Assembly (NCBI GenBank): GCA_963744995.1
Contig: CAVUWA010000011.1
Span: forward strand, 224,001 to 288,000
Direction of reading: 5' to 3'
Length of the DNA stretch: 64,000 bases
From: Candidatus Eiseniibacteriota bacterium
Lineage (GTDB): Bacteria; Eisenbacteria; RBG-16-71-46
Shown: positions 1-9,898 of the stretch, one piece after another
Numbering within the stretch: the stretch's first letter is position 1
Layout of the letters: the number at the start of each line of letters is the position of its first letter
Position numbers and translations under genes: made by a program
The notes under the pieces: generated by a model
What the model was told of the DNA's origin: nothing
The model's input: the letters and a program-made list of their open reading frames with translations, nothing else
Databases searched by the model: none

Positions 1-2
1 CG

Positions 3-806
3 GCGGCGAACGCGGCGCTCGGTCGCGTGGCGACGCCGGCGACGGCGATCCGGCCGTTGCGGTTCTGGCGGCACATCACCGGCGTCACCCGCAGCTTCGA
101 ATTCGAGTTCTTCGCGCCCGATTCGAACGGTGACCCCACGCGTGCCTTCGTGACGATCCACAAGCGCCTGACCGGCACCTTCGACATCGCGACGCCGACG
201 CCCGCGGACGGCGATTCGGAGGCCATCGATGTCGCGATCGCGTCCACGTCGGGTGATCCGGCCGTCGATCCGGCCGATCCGCGCATCGTGCGCAAGCGGC
301 TCATGGATCACTGGCAGCGGCGTGTGGCGCTGGTGCGCGTGGACCCGGTGGGCAGCAACCGCCACATCTGGAAGATCGCGGGCACGTCGGGAGTGCGCGT
401 GAAATCGGTGGCACCCGTCACGAGCACGGCGCCGGACACGCACATCGAGAGCCTGCGCATCCAGAAGGCGAACCTCGACACGACCCTCTCCGACCCGCTC
501 GAGCTCTTCCGACTGCGCCGGATCCTGGCGGCGGCGCCCGGCGAAGCAGTGCGTCTCACCGTGACGACCGGCGCGGACGACGATGTCGTCGTGCTGGTCC
601 ATCGCGGCATGCGGTTCCTGTTCCACAATGACGGCGGCGGCTTCTACAGCGCCACCTGGATCGTGCCGCGCGTCGCCGGGATCCATCACTTCGGCGTGAA
701 CGTGCTGTCGCACGGCACGCTGTTCGACGACGCCGCGCCCTACGCCTCGGACGCGTGGCTGCTGCCCTACGTCACCGTGCCGATCGCCGTGGACGAGATG
801 CCCTGA
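3..806 (+). CDS. hypothetical protein, 5'-truncated by window edge
   Basis: Frame open from the window start to TGA at 804-806; protein-like composition; no recognisable family. Confidence 0.7.
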   Translation, partial: AANAALGRVATPATAIRPLRFWRHITGVTRSFEFEFFAPDSNGDPTRAFVTIHKRLTGTFDIATPTPADGDSEAIDVAIASTSGDPAVDPADPRIVRKRLMDHWQRRVALVRVDPVGSNRHIWKIAGTSGVRVKSVAPVTSTAPDTHIESLRIQKANLDTTLSDPLELFRLRRILAAAPGEAVRLTVTTGADDDVVVLVHRGMRFLFHNDGGGFYSATWIVPRVAGIHHFGVNVLSHGTLFDDAAPYASDAWLLPYVTVPIAVDEMP

Positions 807-940
807 AGCCGCGGGCCACCTGACGCAGCCGCCGGCCGGGGCCCGCCGGCCCGGCGGCTGCGTTCGGGCGGCATACGTGCGGCGGGAGCCGTGGGGCCGC
901 GAGCGGGCCGCAGCGGCGGCAGGCGGCGCGCCTGCGCGAT

Positions 941-1501
941 TCAGTGCACGGTCGGCGGCGGACTTCCGTCGTCGCCGTCGTCGCCCTCTTCTTCGCGGTC
1001 GTCCGTCGGACGGCTGCGGAAGACCTGCGCCCACTCCTCGAGCTCCTTCTTCGAGATCGTCGAAGGCTTCTCGGGCGGCGCGTCGCTGCTCGTGCCGTCG
1101 CTCGCCGCGGCACCGAGGGTGCTGGCAAGGAACAGGTCGGACAGCGCGATGTCGGCACCCATGGCGCGCGCATGGCGGGCGACCTCCAGGTCGGCGGTAA
1201 CGACCGTGACCGGCCGGTCGTCGCCCGTGTGCTTCTCGACCAGGTCGCGGATCAGATCGTCCGCCGAGTGGGGCGGCCTCGAGAACATGACCTCGACGCG
1301 CGCGCTCTTCTCGGCCTCACCGGCCTCACGATTGCCGTCGAAGACCACCAGGAACTGCGCCTGCTCGCCGCCCATCGCCCACGACAGCAGGTTGATCAGT
1401 TTGTCGCGCGATTCGCCCAGTGTCCGGCCTGCGCCGGGCCGGAGTCGCGGGGTGCGCAGGATCAGGTTGTAGCCGTCGATGATGATGATGCGTTTGAGCA
1501 A
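941..1501 (-). CDS. NYN/PIN-domain protein (YacP-like ribonuclease)
   Basis: IIDGYNL, VVFDG, SADDLI and VVTAD motifs typical of YacP-like NYN domains. Confidence 0.85.
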   Translation of the reverse strand: MLKRIIIIDGYNLILRTPRLRPGAGRTLGESRDKLINLLSWAMGGEQAQFLVVFDGNREAGEAEKSARVEVMFSRPPHSADDLIRDLVEKHTGDDRPVTVVTADLEVARHARAMGADIALSDLFLASTLGAAASDGTSSDAPPEKPSTISKKELEEWAQVFRSRPTDDREEEGDDGDDGSPPPTVH

Positions 1502-1652
1502 GGGACGCTCCGGACGGGGCGTGAAGAATGCAGGGCGGGCGGACGCCGAAGAGTAGCACGCGGAGCGGGCCGCGGGAGGGCGCCGGGCGCTCCCGCGGCC
1601 GGTGCCGGGCGGGGCGATGGGCGGGCCGGGCGCATGTCGGCGGCCCGCCGGG

Positions 1653-2936
1653 TCAGTTCAGGCCACCCCTCGCCGTATGCACGATCGTGCCGCCGTTGCC
1701 CACGGCCCAGCCGCGCTGCGCGTCGATGAAGAACACGTCGTTCAGGCGGAACTGCGCGTTCGCGGCCTGGCTCTGCCAGCTCGTGCCGCCGTCGTCGCTG
1801 CGCAGGATCGCGCCGGTCCCGTCCACACCGACCGCGTAGCCGACCATGTCGTCCGCGAAGCAGACGCCGTAGAGCTGTTTGCTGGCGCCGGCGCTGCCCA
1901 GGATCCAGGCGGTCGAGTCCGCCCCCGCGAACGTGCGCGGCGCGGTGCCCACCAGGCCCGCGGCCCACCCCATCGATTCACTGCGGCGCCAGACCGCGTT
2001 CAGGTCCTGAGACGTCACGGCCGGCGTCACCCTGAACCAGGACTGACCCGCGTCGTGGGTGCCGACGATCGTGCCGTTGGCGCCGACGGCCCAGCCGTTC
2101 CACGCCCCGGCGAAGGACACGCTGTTGAGGTTCGCGGTGACGGGTGTTCTGCGCGTCCAGGTCGCGCCGCCGTTCACGGTGCGCAGCACGACGCCCGTGG
2201 CGCCGACCACGAATCCGGTGTCGGGGTTCGCGAACGCCACATCGAACAGGTTCTCGACCGCGACCCCGGTGATGACGATCGCCCACGTCGCACCGCCGTT
2301 CACGGTGTGGCGCACGATCCCGTTCGCGCCCACCGCCCAGCCCTCGGAGGAGGTCACGAACCACACGCCGTGGAGATCCTCGGTGGTGTTGCTGGTCTGA
2401 TTGGTCCAGGTCATGCCGGCGTCCTGCGTCGAGACGATCCGGCCGCCCGCACCGACGGCCCAGCCGCGGCGCCCGTCGGGGCGGAAACAGACGCCGTACA
2501 GGTTCGCACCGGTATTGCTCGTCTGGATGATCCAGCCGCCGCCGGGCAGGACGGTGACCGACGCGATGTCGATCTGGCCGCCGGCCTGGGCGATCAGCGT
2601 CGCCGTCCCTTCGCTCAGCCCGGTGACCCGCCCGCCGCTCGTGACGGTGAACACCGCCGTGTTGCTGCTGCTCCAGGCCGGATTGACGTTGACGGTCATC
2701 CCGTTGGTGTCGACCGCGGTGACCGTGAAGGTATGCGATTCGCCGATGGCGAGCGTATCGACCTGCACGTCGATCGTCAGCAGGGAGAGCGGCGGCACGA
2801 CCGTCGGCCGGGTCGGATTCTTCGAGCTGCACCCGCCGAGCAGCAGCGCGACGGCGGTGGTGAGAACCGTGGCGGCCATCCACGCTCGCGCCGCCCGGCG
2901 GAAGTCGGGCGCGACGGACGTCATCGGAAATCGCAT
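1653..2936 (-). CDS. lipoprotein with Ig-like (Big_2) domain and YCF48/BNR-type beta-propeller
   Basis: Lipobox LLGGC; WSSSNTAVFTV Big_2 motif; repeated GWAVGxxGxIxxTxDGGxTW. Confidence 0.85.
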   Translation of the reverse strand: MRFPMTSVAPDFRRAARAWMAATVLTTAVALLLGGCSSKNPTRPTVVPPLSLLTIDVQVDTLAIGESHTFTVTAVDTNGMTVNVNPAWSSSNTAVFTVTSGGRVTGLSEGTATLIAQAGGQIDIASVTVLPGGGWIIQTSNTGANLYGVCFRPDGRRGWAVGAGGRIVSTQDAGMTWTNQTSNTTEDLHGVWFVTSSEGWAVGANGIVRHTVNGGATWAIVITGVAVENLFDVAFANPDTGFVVGATGVVLRTVNGGATWTRRTPVTANLNSVSFAGAWNGWAVGANGTIVGTHDAGQSWFRVTPAVTSQDLNAVWRRSESMGWAAGLVGTAPRTFAGADSTAWILGSAGASKQLYGVCFADDMVGYAVGVDGTGAILRSDDGGTSWQSQAANAQFRLNDVFFIDAQRGWAVGNGGTIVHTARGGLN

Positions 2937-3251
2937 GCGCAGGCTCTCCAGATCGGCTGCCGCGGCCGGCCGGCGCCTCCGGCGGTCGCGGGCTGCAACG
3001 CGTCATCCCTTAAGTCAGGCTGCAATTCTGAGGCCAAGCCGGCCTCTTGTCAGTGCAACAGTTATCGGCTCCGGACCGCCGCAGATTGCGTGATTTCGGC
3101 CAGATTCTGCGCGGCAGGGCCCGCGCCTGCGGCCGGGTGCCGCCGCCGCAGGGCGGCGGGGGCCCGGCCTTGAGTCCCGCGCCCGTCGCCCACTACTGTG
3201 CGGAACCCGGTTCCCGGCGCGTGCCGTGCCGGCCCGTGAAAGGACTCCCGC

Positions 3252-4208
3252 TTGCTCGAGATCCGCGACGTCACCAAACGCTACGACGGACGCGCCGTCG
3301 TGAACCGCGTCTCGTTCGACGTGCATCCGGGCGAGATCTTCGCCCTGCTCGGCCCGAACGGCGCGGGCAAGACGACCCTGCTCCGCATGATGACCGACAT
3401 CCTCAAGCCCGATTCCGGGACGTTGACGCTCGACGGCCGGCCCGTGGGCGGCGTACGCAAGCGCGACGTCGGCTATCTGCCGGAGGAGCGCGGGCTCTAT
3501 CGCAGTGACAAGGTGCTCGACACGCTCGCCTACTTCGGCCGCCTGAAGGGCATGCCGGCGGCCGAGGCTCGCGCCACCGCCGCAGGGCTGCTCGCGCGCG
3601 TCGAGCTGAACGAGTGGCTGCAGAAACCGGTTCAGGCGCTGTCCAAGGGCATGCAGCAGAAGGTTCAGCTCTGCACGGCGCTGATCGGCGAGCCGCGCGT
3701 GTTGATTCTCGACGAGCCGTTCAGCGGGCTCGATCCGGTGAACGTGCAGCTGCTCGAGGAGATCCTGCACGAGCGTCGCGCGCAGGGCACGACGATCCTG
3801 CTCTCCACCCATCAGATGAACAAGGTCGAAGAGCTCTGCGACCGCGCGCTGATGATCCACCACGGCCACATGGTGCTCTACGGCGCGGTCGACGAGCTGC
3901 GCCGCAGGTACGCCGACCACGCGGTGCTGGTCGAGCTCGAGGATGCCGCGGCCGCCCGACGGCTGCCCGCGGTGGCGGGGATCCACCGGGTGGAGCCCTC
4001 GAACGGGACGTACAAGCTCACGCTCGACCCCGGCACGACCCGCGGCGCCGTGCTGCGCGCGCTGCTCGACGCCGGCATCGGACTCGAATCATTCAGCCAC
4101 GCGATCATGCCGATCGAGGAGGTGTTCGTGAAGGTTGTCCACGAGGGCCTCGGCCTCGATCACGGCAGGAGCGAGGCGGAAGCGCCGGTCGCGGAGGCGG
4201 TGCGATGA
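3252..4208 (+). CDS. ABC-2 type transporter ATP-binding protein (NatA-like)
   Basis: Walker A GPNGAGKT, signature LSKGM, Walker B ILDEPFSGLD. Confidence 0.92.
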   Translation: MLEIRDVTKRYDGRAVVNRVSFDVHPGEIFALLGPNGAGKTTLLRMMTDILKPDSGTLTLDGRPVGGVRKRDVGYLPEERGLYRSDKVLDTLAYFGRLKGMPAAEARATAAGLLARVELNEWLQKPVQALSKGMQQKVQLCTALIGEPRVLILDEPFSGLDPVNVQLLEEILHERRAQGTTILLSTHQMNKVEELCDRALMIHHGHMVLYGAVDELRRRYADHAVLVELEDAAAARRLPAVAGIHRVEPSNGTYKLTLDPGTTRGAVLRALLDAGIGLESFSHAIMPIEEVFVKVVHEGLGLDHGRSEAEAPVAEAVR

Positions 4209-5494
4209 CCCTGTCCTGGCCCAAGGTCTTCACGATCGCGCGGCGCGAGTTCATCTCCACCGTGCGGCGGCGCGCATTCCTGTTCACCGCGCTCGGCACC
4301 CCGGCCTACTTCGCGCTGGTCATGAGCATCTCGATCGGCTCGTCTGCCGGCGAGGCGCGCGACGTGCTGAAGTCGTTCAGGTCGCTTGCGGTGGTGGACT
4401 CCAGCGGACGCTTCGTCGACGCCGACCGCACGATCCGGACAGTCTGGAGTTCCGACGAGAATCCGTTCGCGCAGAACGTACCGGTGCATACGTTCAGCAC
4501 CGCGGTGCACTTCTACCCCGACATGACGAGCGCCGAAGCCGCGCTGCGCTCCGGCAGCGAGAACCAGATCCTGGTGATCCCGGCCGACTACCTGGAGACG
4601 GGGCGACTGCGGCGCTACGCCGCGAAGAGCAGCCTCTTCTCGTCCGCCGACCGGCGGCCGATCGCCTCGTGGCTGGTGAGCGCGATCCTGTCGGGACGGC
4701 TCGACTCGCTCGAGACCGCGCGCGCCATGCGGCCGATGGCGCAGATCCAGGGGTTCACGCTCGACAAGGACGGGACGTTCACCGCGCGCGACGACCGCAG
4801 GGATCTCATGGACTTCCTGGTGCCGTTCGGCTTCGCGATGCTGCTCGGTCTCTGCATCACCGTCGGCGGCCAGTACCTGCTGTTCGGCGTCGCCACCGAG
4901 AAGGAATCGCGCATCCTGGAATCGATCCTCTGCAACGTGAGCGCCGAGGAGCTGCTCGCGGGCAAGCTGTTCGGTCTCGGCTCCTCGGGCCTGCTGCTGG
5001 TCGCGTTCTGGATCGCACTCGGCATTCCATTCGTCGGCGCCACGGCGATCGCGGTCCCGCTTCACCTGTCGCCGCTGCTGGTGGTGGCGGCGCTGCTGTA
5101 CTTCGTCTTCGGCTACCTGTTCTACGCGAGCCTCATGACCGGCATCGGCGGCGTCACCAGCAACATGCGCGAGGCGCAGCAGTTCGCGATCTGGTTCACG
5201 TTCGCCAACTTCGCGCCGTTCATTCTCATCACGATGATCCTGTCGAACCCGTCCGGGCCGCTGGCGACCGGGCTGTCGATGTTCCCGCCGACCGCGGCGA
5301 CGACGATGCTGATGCGGCTCACCGCGAGCTCGTCCGTCGTCCCGCTCTGGCAGATCGGGCTGTCGCTGATCCTGCTCGCCGGCGCCTCGGTGCTGACGCT
5401 GATCGCGTCGGCGCGCGTGTTCCGGATCGGCCTGCTGATGTACGGAAAGACGCCGAATCTGCCCGAGATCCTGCGCTGGGCGAGGAACGGCTAG
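4205..5494 (+). CDS. ABC-2 type transporter permease (NatB-like)
   Basis: ATGA overlap with the ATPase; IARREF start, EKESRILE and LLAGK motifs; multiple TM segments. Confidence 0.9.
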   Translation: MTLSWPKVFTIARREFISTVRRRAFLFTALGTPAYFALVMSISIGSSAGEARDVLKSFRSLAVVDSSGRFVDADRTIRTVWSSDENPFAQNVPVHTFSTAVHFYPDMTSAEAALRSGSENQILVIPADYLETGRLRRYAAKSSLFSSADRRPIASWLVSAILSGRLDSLETARAMRPMAQIQGFTLDKDGTFTARDDRRDLMDFLVPFGFAMLLGLCITVGGQYLLFGVATEKESRILESILCNVSAEELLAGKLFGLGSSGLLLVAFWIALGIPFVGATAIAVPLHLSPLLVVAALLYFVFGYLFYASLMTGIGGVTSNMREAQQFAIWFTFANFAPFILITMILSNPSGPLATGLSMFPPTAATTMLMRLTASSSVVPLWQIGLSLILLAGASVLTLIASARVFRIGLLMYGKTPNLPEILRWARNG

Positions 5495-5857
5495 GGCCGC
5501 CGGCCCCGCCGACGAAGCCGCCGCCATGCGAGGGGCCCCGGGGAGTCCCTGAAGGGGGGGCGAGCGGCCGCGGCAGCAGGGCCAGGGATGGCGGGCGCGG
5601 TCGCGACGAGCGAGGATCGGCCACGAGGGCCGCGCCGAAGCGGCCCCCGGATCGGAGCTCCCCCGGGGCCGTCCCTCGCGCGGCGGCGACGGCCCATCCG
5701 TGCACCGGCCGGCGCCGGCCCGCCGCCGTAAATGCCCGCCCCGGCTCGCATTTTGCCGCCGGGACCACATTGCCCCGGCCCGTCCCGGAGCCTGCAGATT
5801 CTGCTTGGCAGCCACCCTGACGCGTTGCGACAATTACTTACGTCGATTCGCAGCGTC

Positions 5858-6103
5858 CGGTGCCGCAGGGTACGGGTCTTGCGAATTGGCAGGGCAGCCG
5901 GCCGGTGAGCCGGCGCCTTTCAGTTCTGGAAGCCTCGCGTCGAGCACGTAAAGATCAGGGTCCCGAGAGACCCCGGCCGGCGCGGAGGTCGGAGCGAGCC
6001 CCAAACGCATCAAGCGCGTGCGGCGGCCCTCTCTTCCAGCCGCGGACGGCAGTCCGTCCGCGCTCAACGGGATCGCCCGGTCATGGACCGGGCGTTTTCG
6101 TTT
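5858..6103 (+). ncRNA. candidate stand-alone structured ncRNA (unclassified; weak 6S-like resemblance)
   Basis: No credible ORF; long-range stems 5862-67/6019-24, 5879-89/6001-09, 5897-5905/5973-81; hairpin 6041-62; ends in an intrinsic terminator. Confidence 0.45.
6074..6103 (+). terminator. intrinsic terminator
   Basis: cgcccggtc-atg-gaccgggcg followed by ttttcgttt. Confidence 0.8.
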
Positions 6104-6137
6104 CCGGCCCGCGCCCCGGGGCGGCGGCCAGGTCAGG

Positions 6138-6166
6138 TTGCACCCGCCCGCCCGAGGCCGCAGAAT
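6138..6166 (+). promoter_or_regulatory. putative sigma70-type promoter of nadE
   Basis: TTGCAC-17 nt-CAGAAT, ending 9 nt before ATG 6176. Confidence 0.5.
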
Positions 6167-6175
6167 CCGTGACCC

Positions 6176-7948
6176 ATGCGCGTCATGCGTCTCGGCCTCT
6201 GCCAGATCAATTCCACCGTCGGCGACATCGACGGCAACCAGCGCAGGGTCGCGGCCGGTATCGAGCGCGCACGCGCCCTCGGCGTGGACCTGCTGGCCTT
6301 CCCCGAGATGGCGATCCCGGGCTATCCGCCCGAGGACCTGCTGCTCAAGCCCTCGTTCATCCGCGGCACGGTCGAACGCACCCGCGCGCTGGCGCCCCTC
6401 ACCCGGGGCATGACCGTCATCGTCGGCACGATCGATCGCGACACGGACCTCTTCAATGCCGCCGCCGTGCTTCACGACGGCCAATGGTGCGGCACGTACC
6501 GCAAGCGCATGCTGCCCAACTACGGCGTGTTCGATGAAAACCGCTACTTCATGCCCGGCCGCGACAACCCGGTCTTCCTCCGCGACGAGACCGTGATCGG
6601 CGTCAACATCTGCGAGGACATCTGGTATCCGGGCGGGCCGGTCGAGGAGCAGGTGCTGCGCGACGGCGCCGAGATCGTCGTGAACATCTCGGCGTCGCCC
6701 TATCACGCCGGCAAAGCGCAGGCGCGGCGGCGCATGCTCACCACGCGCGCGGCCGACAACCTGGTTGCGGTGTGCTACGTGAACATGGTCGGCGGCCAGG
6801 ACGAGATCCTCTTCGACGGGGCGAGCGTGATCGTGGACGAGGAAGGCCGGGTGCTGGCCGAAGGCCGGATGTTCGAAGAGGACCTGATCGTCGCGGATCT
6901 CGACCTCGACGGCGTGTTCAACGCCCGCCTGCACGACCCCCGGCTGCGCAAGGGCCGGGCGATCGAGGAGGGCGCTCCGTCGCGCCGCATCCAACTGCCC
7001 GCGGGCGCCCCGGCGGCGGCGGCGGGCGGCGGCAGCGGGATCGCCGTGGCGGTCGCCGCGAAGCCGGTGCTCCAGAAGCACGAGTCGCCGCTCCTGCGCG
7101 GCCTCGTCGCCGAGATCTACGACGCGCTCGTGCTCGGCACCCGTGACTACGTCCGCAAGAACGGATTCCACAACGTCGTGATCGGGCTCTCGGGCGGCAT
7201 CGATTCCGCGCTGTGCGCCTGCATCGCCGTCGACGCGCTCGGACCGAAACACGTGATCGGCGTGAGCATGCCGTCGGCGTTCACCTCCGCCGCGTCGCAG
7301 CAGGACGCCGTGGCGCTGGCGGCGAACCTGGGCATCGAGCTGCGCACGATTCCGGTGACGGAGGTCTTCGACCGCTACGCGAGCGTGCTGGCGCCGGCGT
7401 TCGAAGGTCGCGAGCCGGACACTACCGAGGAGAACCTGCAGGCGCGGATCCGCGGCAACTATCTCATGGCGCTCTCGAACAAGTTCGGCTGGCTGGTCCT
7501 CACCACGGGCAACAAGAGCGAGGTCTCGGTCGGCTACAGCACGCTCTACGGCGACACGGCCGGCGGCTTCTCGGTGCTCAAGGACGTCTGGAAGACGATG
7601 GTGTATCAGCTCGCGCTGCACCGGAACCGCCACGGCGGCCGCCCCCCGATTCCGGAACGCACGATCACACGCCCGCCGAGCGCGGAGTTGCGCGCGGAGC
7701 AGACCGACCAGGACACGCTGCCGCCATACGACGAGCTCGATCCGATCCTGCGCATGTACGTCGAGGAGGACCAGTCGGTCCAGGAGATCGCCGATCTCGG
7801 CTACGACGAGACGCTCGTGCGCCGCATCGTGCGCATGGTGGATCACGCCGAGTACAAGCGCCGGCAGAGCCCGCCCGGGATCAAGATCACGCCGCGCGCC
7901 TTCGGCAAGGACCGCCGGCTGCCGATCACGAACCGCTGGGGGCTCTAG
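6176..7948 (+). CDS. nadE: glutamine-dependent NAD+ synthetase
   Basis: Nitrilase domain (FPE, K, ICED) plus synthetase domain (GLSGGIDS, ENLQARIRG, TTGNKSE, PSAEL). Confidence 0.96.
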   Translation: MRVMRLGLCQINSTVGDIDGNQRRVAAGIERARALGVDLLAFPEMAIPGYPPEDLLLKPSFIRGTVERTRALAPLTRGMTVIVGTIDRDTDLFNAAAVLHDGQWCGTYRKRMLPNYGVFDENRYFMPGRDNPVFLRDETVIGVNICEDIWYPGGPVEEQVLRDGAEIVVNISASPYHAGKAQARRRMLTTRAADNLVAVCYVNMVGGQDEILFDGASVIVDEEGRVLAEGRMFEEDLIVADLDLDGVFNARLHDPRLRKGRAIEEGAPSRRIQLPAGAPAAAAGGGSGIAVAVAAKPVLQKHESPLLRGLVAEIYDALVLGTRDYVRKNGFHNVVIGLSGGIDSALCACIAVDALGPKHVIGVSMPSAFTSAASQQDAVALAANLGIELRTIPVTEVFDRYASVLAPAFEGREPDTTEENLQARIRGNYLMALSNKFGWLVLTTGNKSEVSVGYSTLYGDTAGGFSVLKDVWKTMVYQLALHRNRHGGRPPIPERTITRPPSAELRAEQTDQDTLPPYDELDPILRMYVEEDQSVQEIADLGYDETLVRRIVRMVDHAEYKRRQSPPGIKITPRAFGKDRRLPITNRWGL

Positions 7949-8231
7949 CCCCGCCCCGGCGTCATGGTTGCGGCGCCGGTGCGGGCTTTCGCCGCGCCGG
8001 TCCGAGCGTGACCCTGGCGCCCGATTCGCATTGACCCGCTTCATGCCCCCCGCCTAGGCTTCCGTTGTTCCGTCAGCCTTCGCCGAAACAATGGAAAGGT
8101 TCGTGGCGTCCCCGTCCGTTCCCGTTTCCGGCCTGCATCTGCGCGATTGCTGACGTCCCCGGGGCCGGAAACCGTCTGACGGATCGGGAGCGGTGAATTC
8201 CGCTCCGGCGCCGCGCCGAAACCAGGAGTCC

Positions 8232-9128
8232 ATGATGATCGTCCACCAGGTACGATCGGCCCTGCTCGCCGTGCTGGCCGTCGCGGCGCTCGCAGCGCCG
8301 GCCTCGGCCCAGCTCTCGGACAACCTCGGGGCACTGACGGGAGACAATGCGGCCGGGTATCTCAACCCGCTCGTGAAAGGCCTGTCGGGCACCATGAACG
8401 CGGCCATCTTCCATACCGGCAGGATCCCGAAGCAGAGTCTCGGGTTCCAGATCGGTGCGCGGCTGATGGGTGTCAACTTCGACGACGGCGACCGCACCTA
8501 CTCGCCGACCGATCCTCCCGGATTCACCAGCACCGGTTCGGTGAAGGCCCCGACCGTGATCGGCGACACGAAGTCCGTGTCGCAACCGGGCCAGGGCGGC
8601 ACCACGCTGTACCACCCGGGCGGGTTCGACATCGGTCAGTTCGCGTTCGCCGCACCGCAGCTCACGGTCGGGACCGTTTTCGGTACGCAGGCGACGATCC
8701 GCTGGATCTCGATCGAAATCGGCGACAGCGATCTCGGCAAGTTCGATCTGTTCGGAATCGGCGGTCAGCACTCGATCTCGCAGTACTTCCCGGACCTGCC
8801 GCTCGATGTCGCGGTCGGCGCCTTCTACCAGCACTTCAAGATCGACGACACGCTCGTCGACGCGAAGACCTGGCACTTCGACGTCACCGGGAGCCGCGAC
8901 TACGGCGTGCTGCAACCCTATGCCGGGATCGGATTCGACACGATCGACATGAAGTCCGAGTACACCGAGAGCGGCACGGGATCGACCATCGCCGTCGATT
9001 TCGATCCCGAGTCGAACTTCCATCTCACCCTGGGCAGCGAGGCGAGCCTCGCCATCCTCAAGCTCTACGGTGAGGTCAACTTCGCGGCCCAGACCGGCGT
9101 TGCCGTCGGTCTGAGCTTCGGCAACTGA
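8232..9128 (+). CDS. secreted/outer-membrane beta-barrel protein (DUF6588-like)
   Basis: SD AGGAG; signal peptide ending ASA-Q; alternating beta-strand pattern; C-terminal GLSFGN. Confidence 0.7.
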   Translation: MMIVHQVRSALLAVLAVAALAAPASAQLSDNLGALTGDNAAGYLNPLVKGLSGTMNAAIFHTGRIPKQSLGFQIGARLMGVNFDDGDRTYSPTDPPGFTSTGSVKAPTVIGDTKSVSQPGQGGTTLYHPGGFDIGQFAFAAPQLTVGTVFGTQATIRWISIEIGDSDLGKFDLFGIGGQHSISQYFPDLPLDVAVGAFYQHFKIDDTLVDAKTWHFDVTGSRDYGVLQPYAGIGFDTIDMKSEYTESGTGSTIAVDFDPESNFHLTLGSEASLAILKLYGEVNFAAQTGVAVGLSFGN

Positions 9129-9147
9129 GGGAAGGAGGGAAAACGCG

Positions 9148-9804
9148 ATGCGCAAGAACGCTTTGCTGTCGCTGCTCGCGCTCGTCCTGACGGCCCTCAC
9201 GGTCCAGGGCGGCTGCGTCATCATTCCGGAAGTGAAGACCAAGCTCGTGGAGCTCGTCGCCAGCGGGACCGCGTGCGACACGCTCGACGCGATCGGGGTC
9301 ATCAACAACTTCGACGAAACCGACGTGATCGACGTGAAGGCCGGGCTCGACATTCCGTCGGTGCTCGACGAGGCCGGCATCGACGCGAACGACGTCGACT
9401 CGATCGCGGTCTACGGGATCACCTACAAGACGACCCAGCCGGATCCGAACGATCAGCGCGAGATCGTGAACGGCCAGGTGACGGCCCAGCGCGGGAGGCT
9501 GGTCGGCAGCACGTTCACGGCCACCGGTCCCGAGGTCGTGGTGATCTCGAGCTTCGATCAGGTCGTGAACGACGCGACCACGGATCAGACGGCTCCGGTC
9601 TCCGCGCAGGGCGTCCAGATGCTGAACGGCCTGCTGCAGGCCCTGCTCGACGAAGCCAAGGGGCAGGGGTTCGTCGACGATTCGGCGATCCAGTACCACG
9701 TCACCGGCATGTCGAATCCGCAGGACGTCCAGTCGAACTTCAAATGGCGAATCTGCGTGAAGGTGAACATCAAGGGCAAGGTGGAGGTGGACGTCGTCGA
9801 GTGA
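9148..9804 (+). CDS. hypothetical lipoprotein
   Basis: SD GGAGG; signal peptide with lipobox-like VQGGC. Confidence 0.75.
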   Translation: MRKNALLSLLALVLTALTVQGGCVIIPEVKTKLVELVASGTACDTLDAIGVINNFDETDVIDVKAGLDIPSVLDEAGIDANDVDSIAVYGITYKTTQPDPNDQREIVNGQVTAQRGRLVGSTFTATGPEVVVISSFDQVVNDATTDQTAPVSAQGVQMLNGLLQALLDEAKGQGFVDDSAIQYHVTGMSNPQDVQSNFKWRICVKVNIKGKVEVDVVE

Positions 9805-9827
9805 CGGCTTCCGCTTCGCATGCACGA

Positions 9828-9857
9828 GCGGCGCCGGGCCTTCGGGTCCGGCGCCGC
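9828..9857. terminator. hairpin between convergent genes
   Basis: gcggcgccgggcc-TTCG-ggtccggcgccgc. Confidence 0.65.
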
Positions 9858-9898
9858 ATCGCGTTTCGGGGGTGGGTGCCCGACCGCGGAGCGCGGGG

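Noticed and set aside
3045..3075. AGTGCAACAG and TTATCGG words reminiscent of RNase P RNA
   Set aside because: No GAGGAAAGTCC core and the region is far too short; it is a divergent promoter gap
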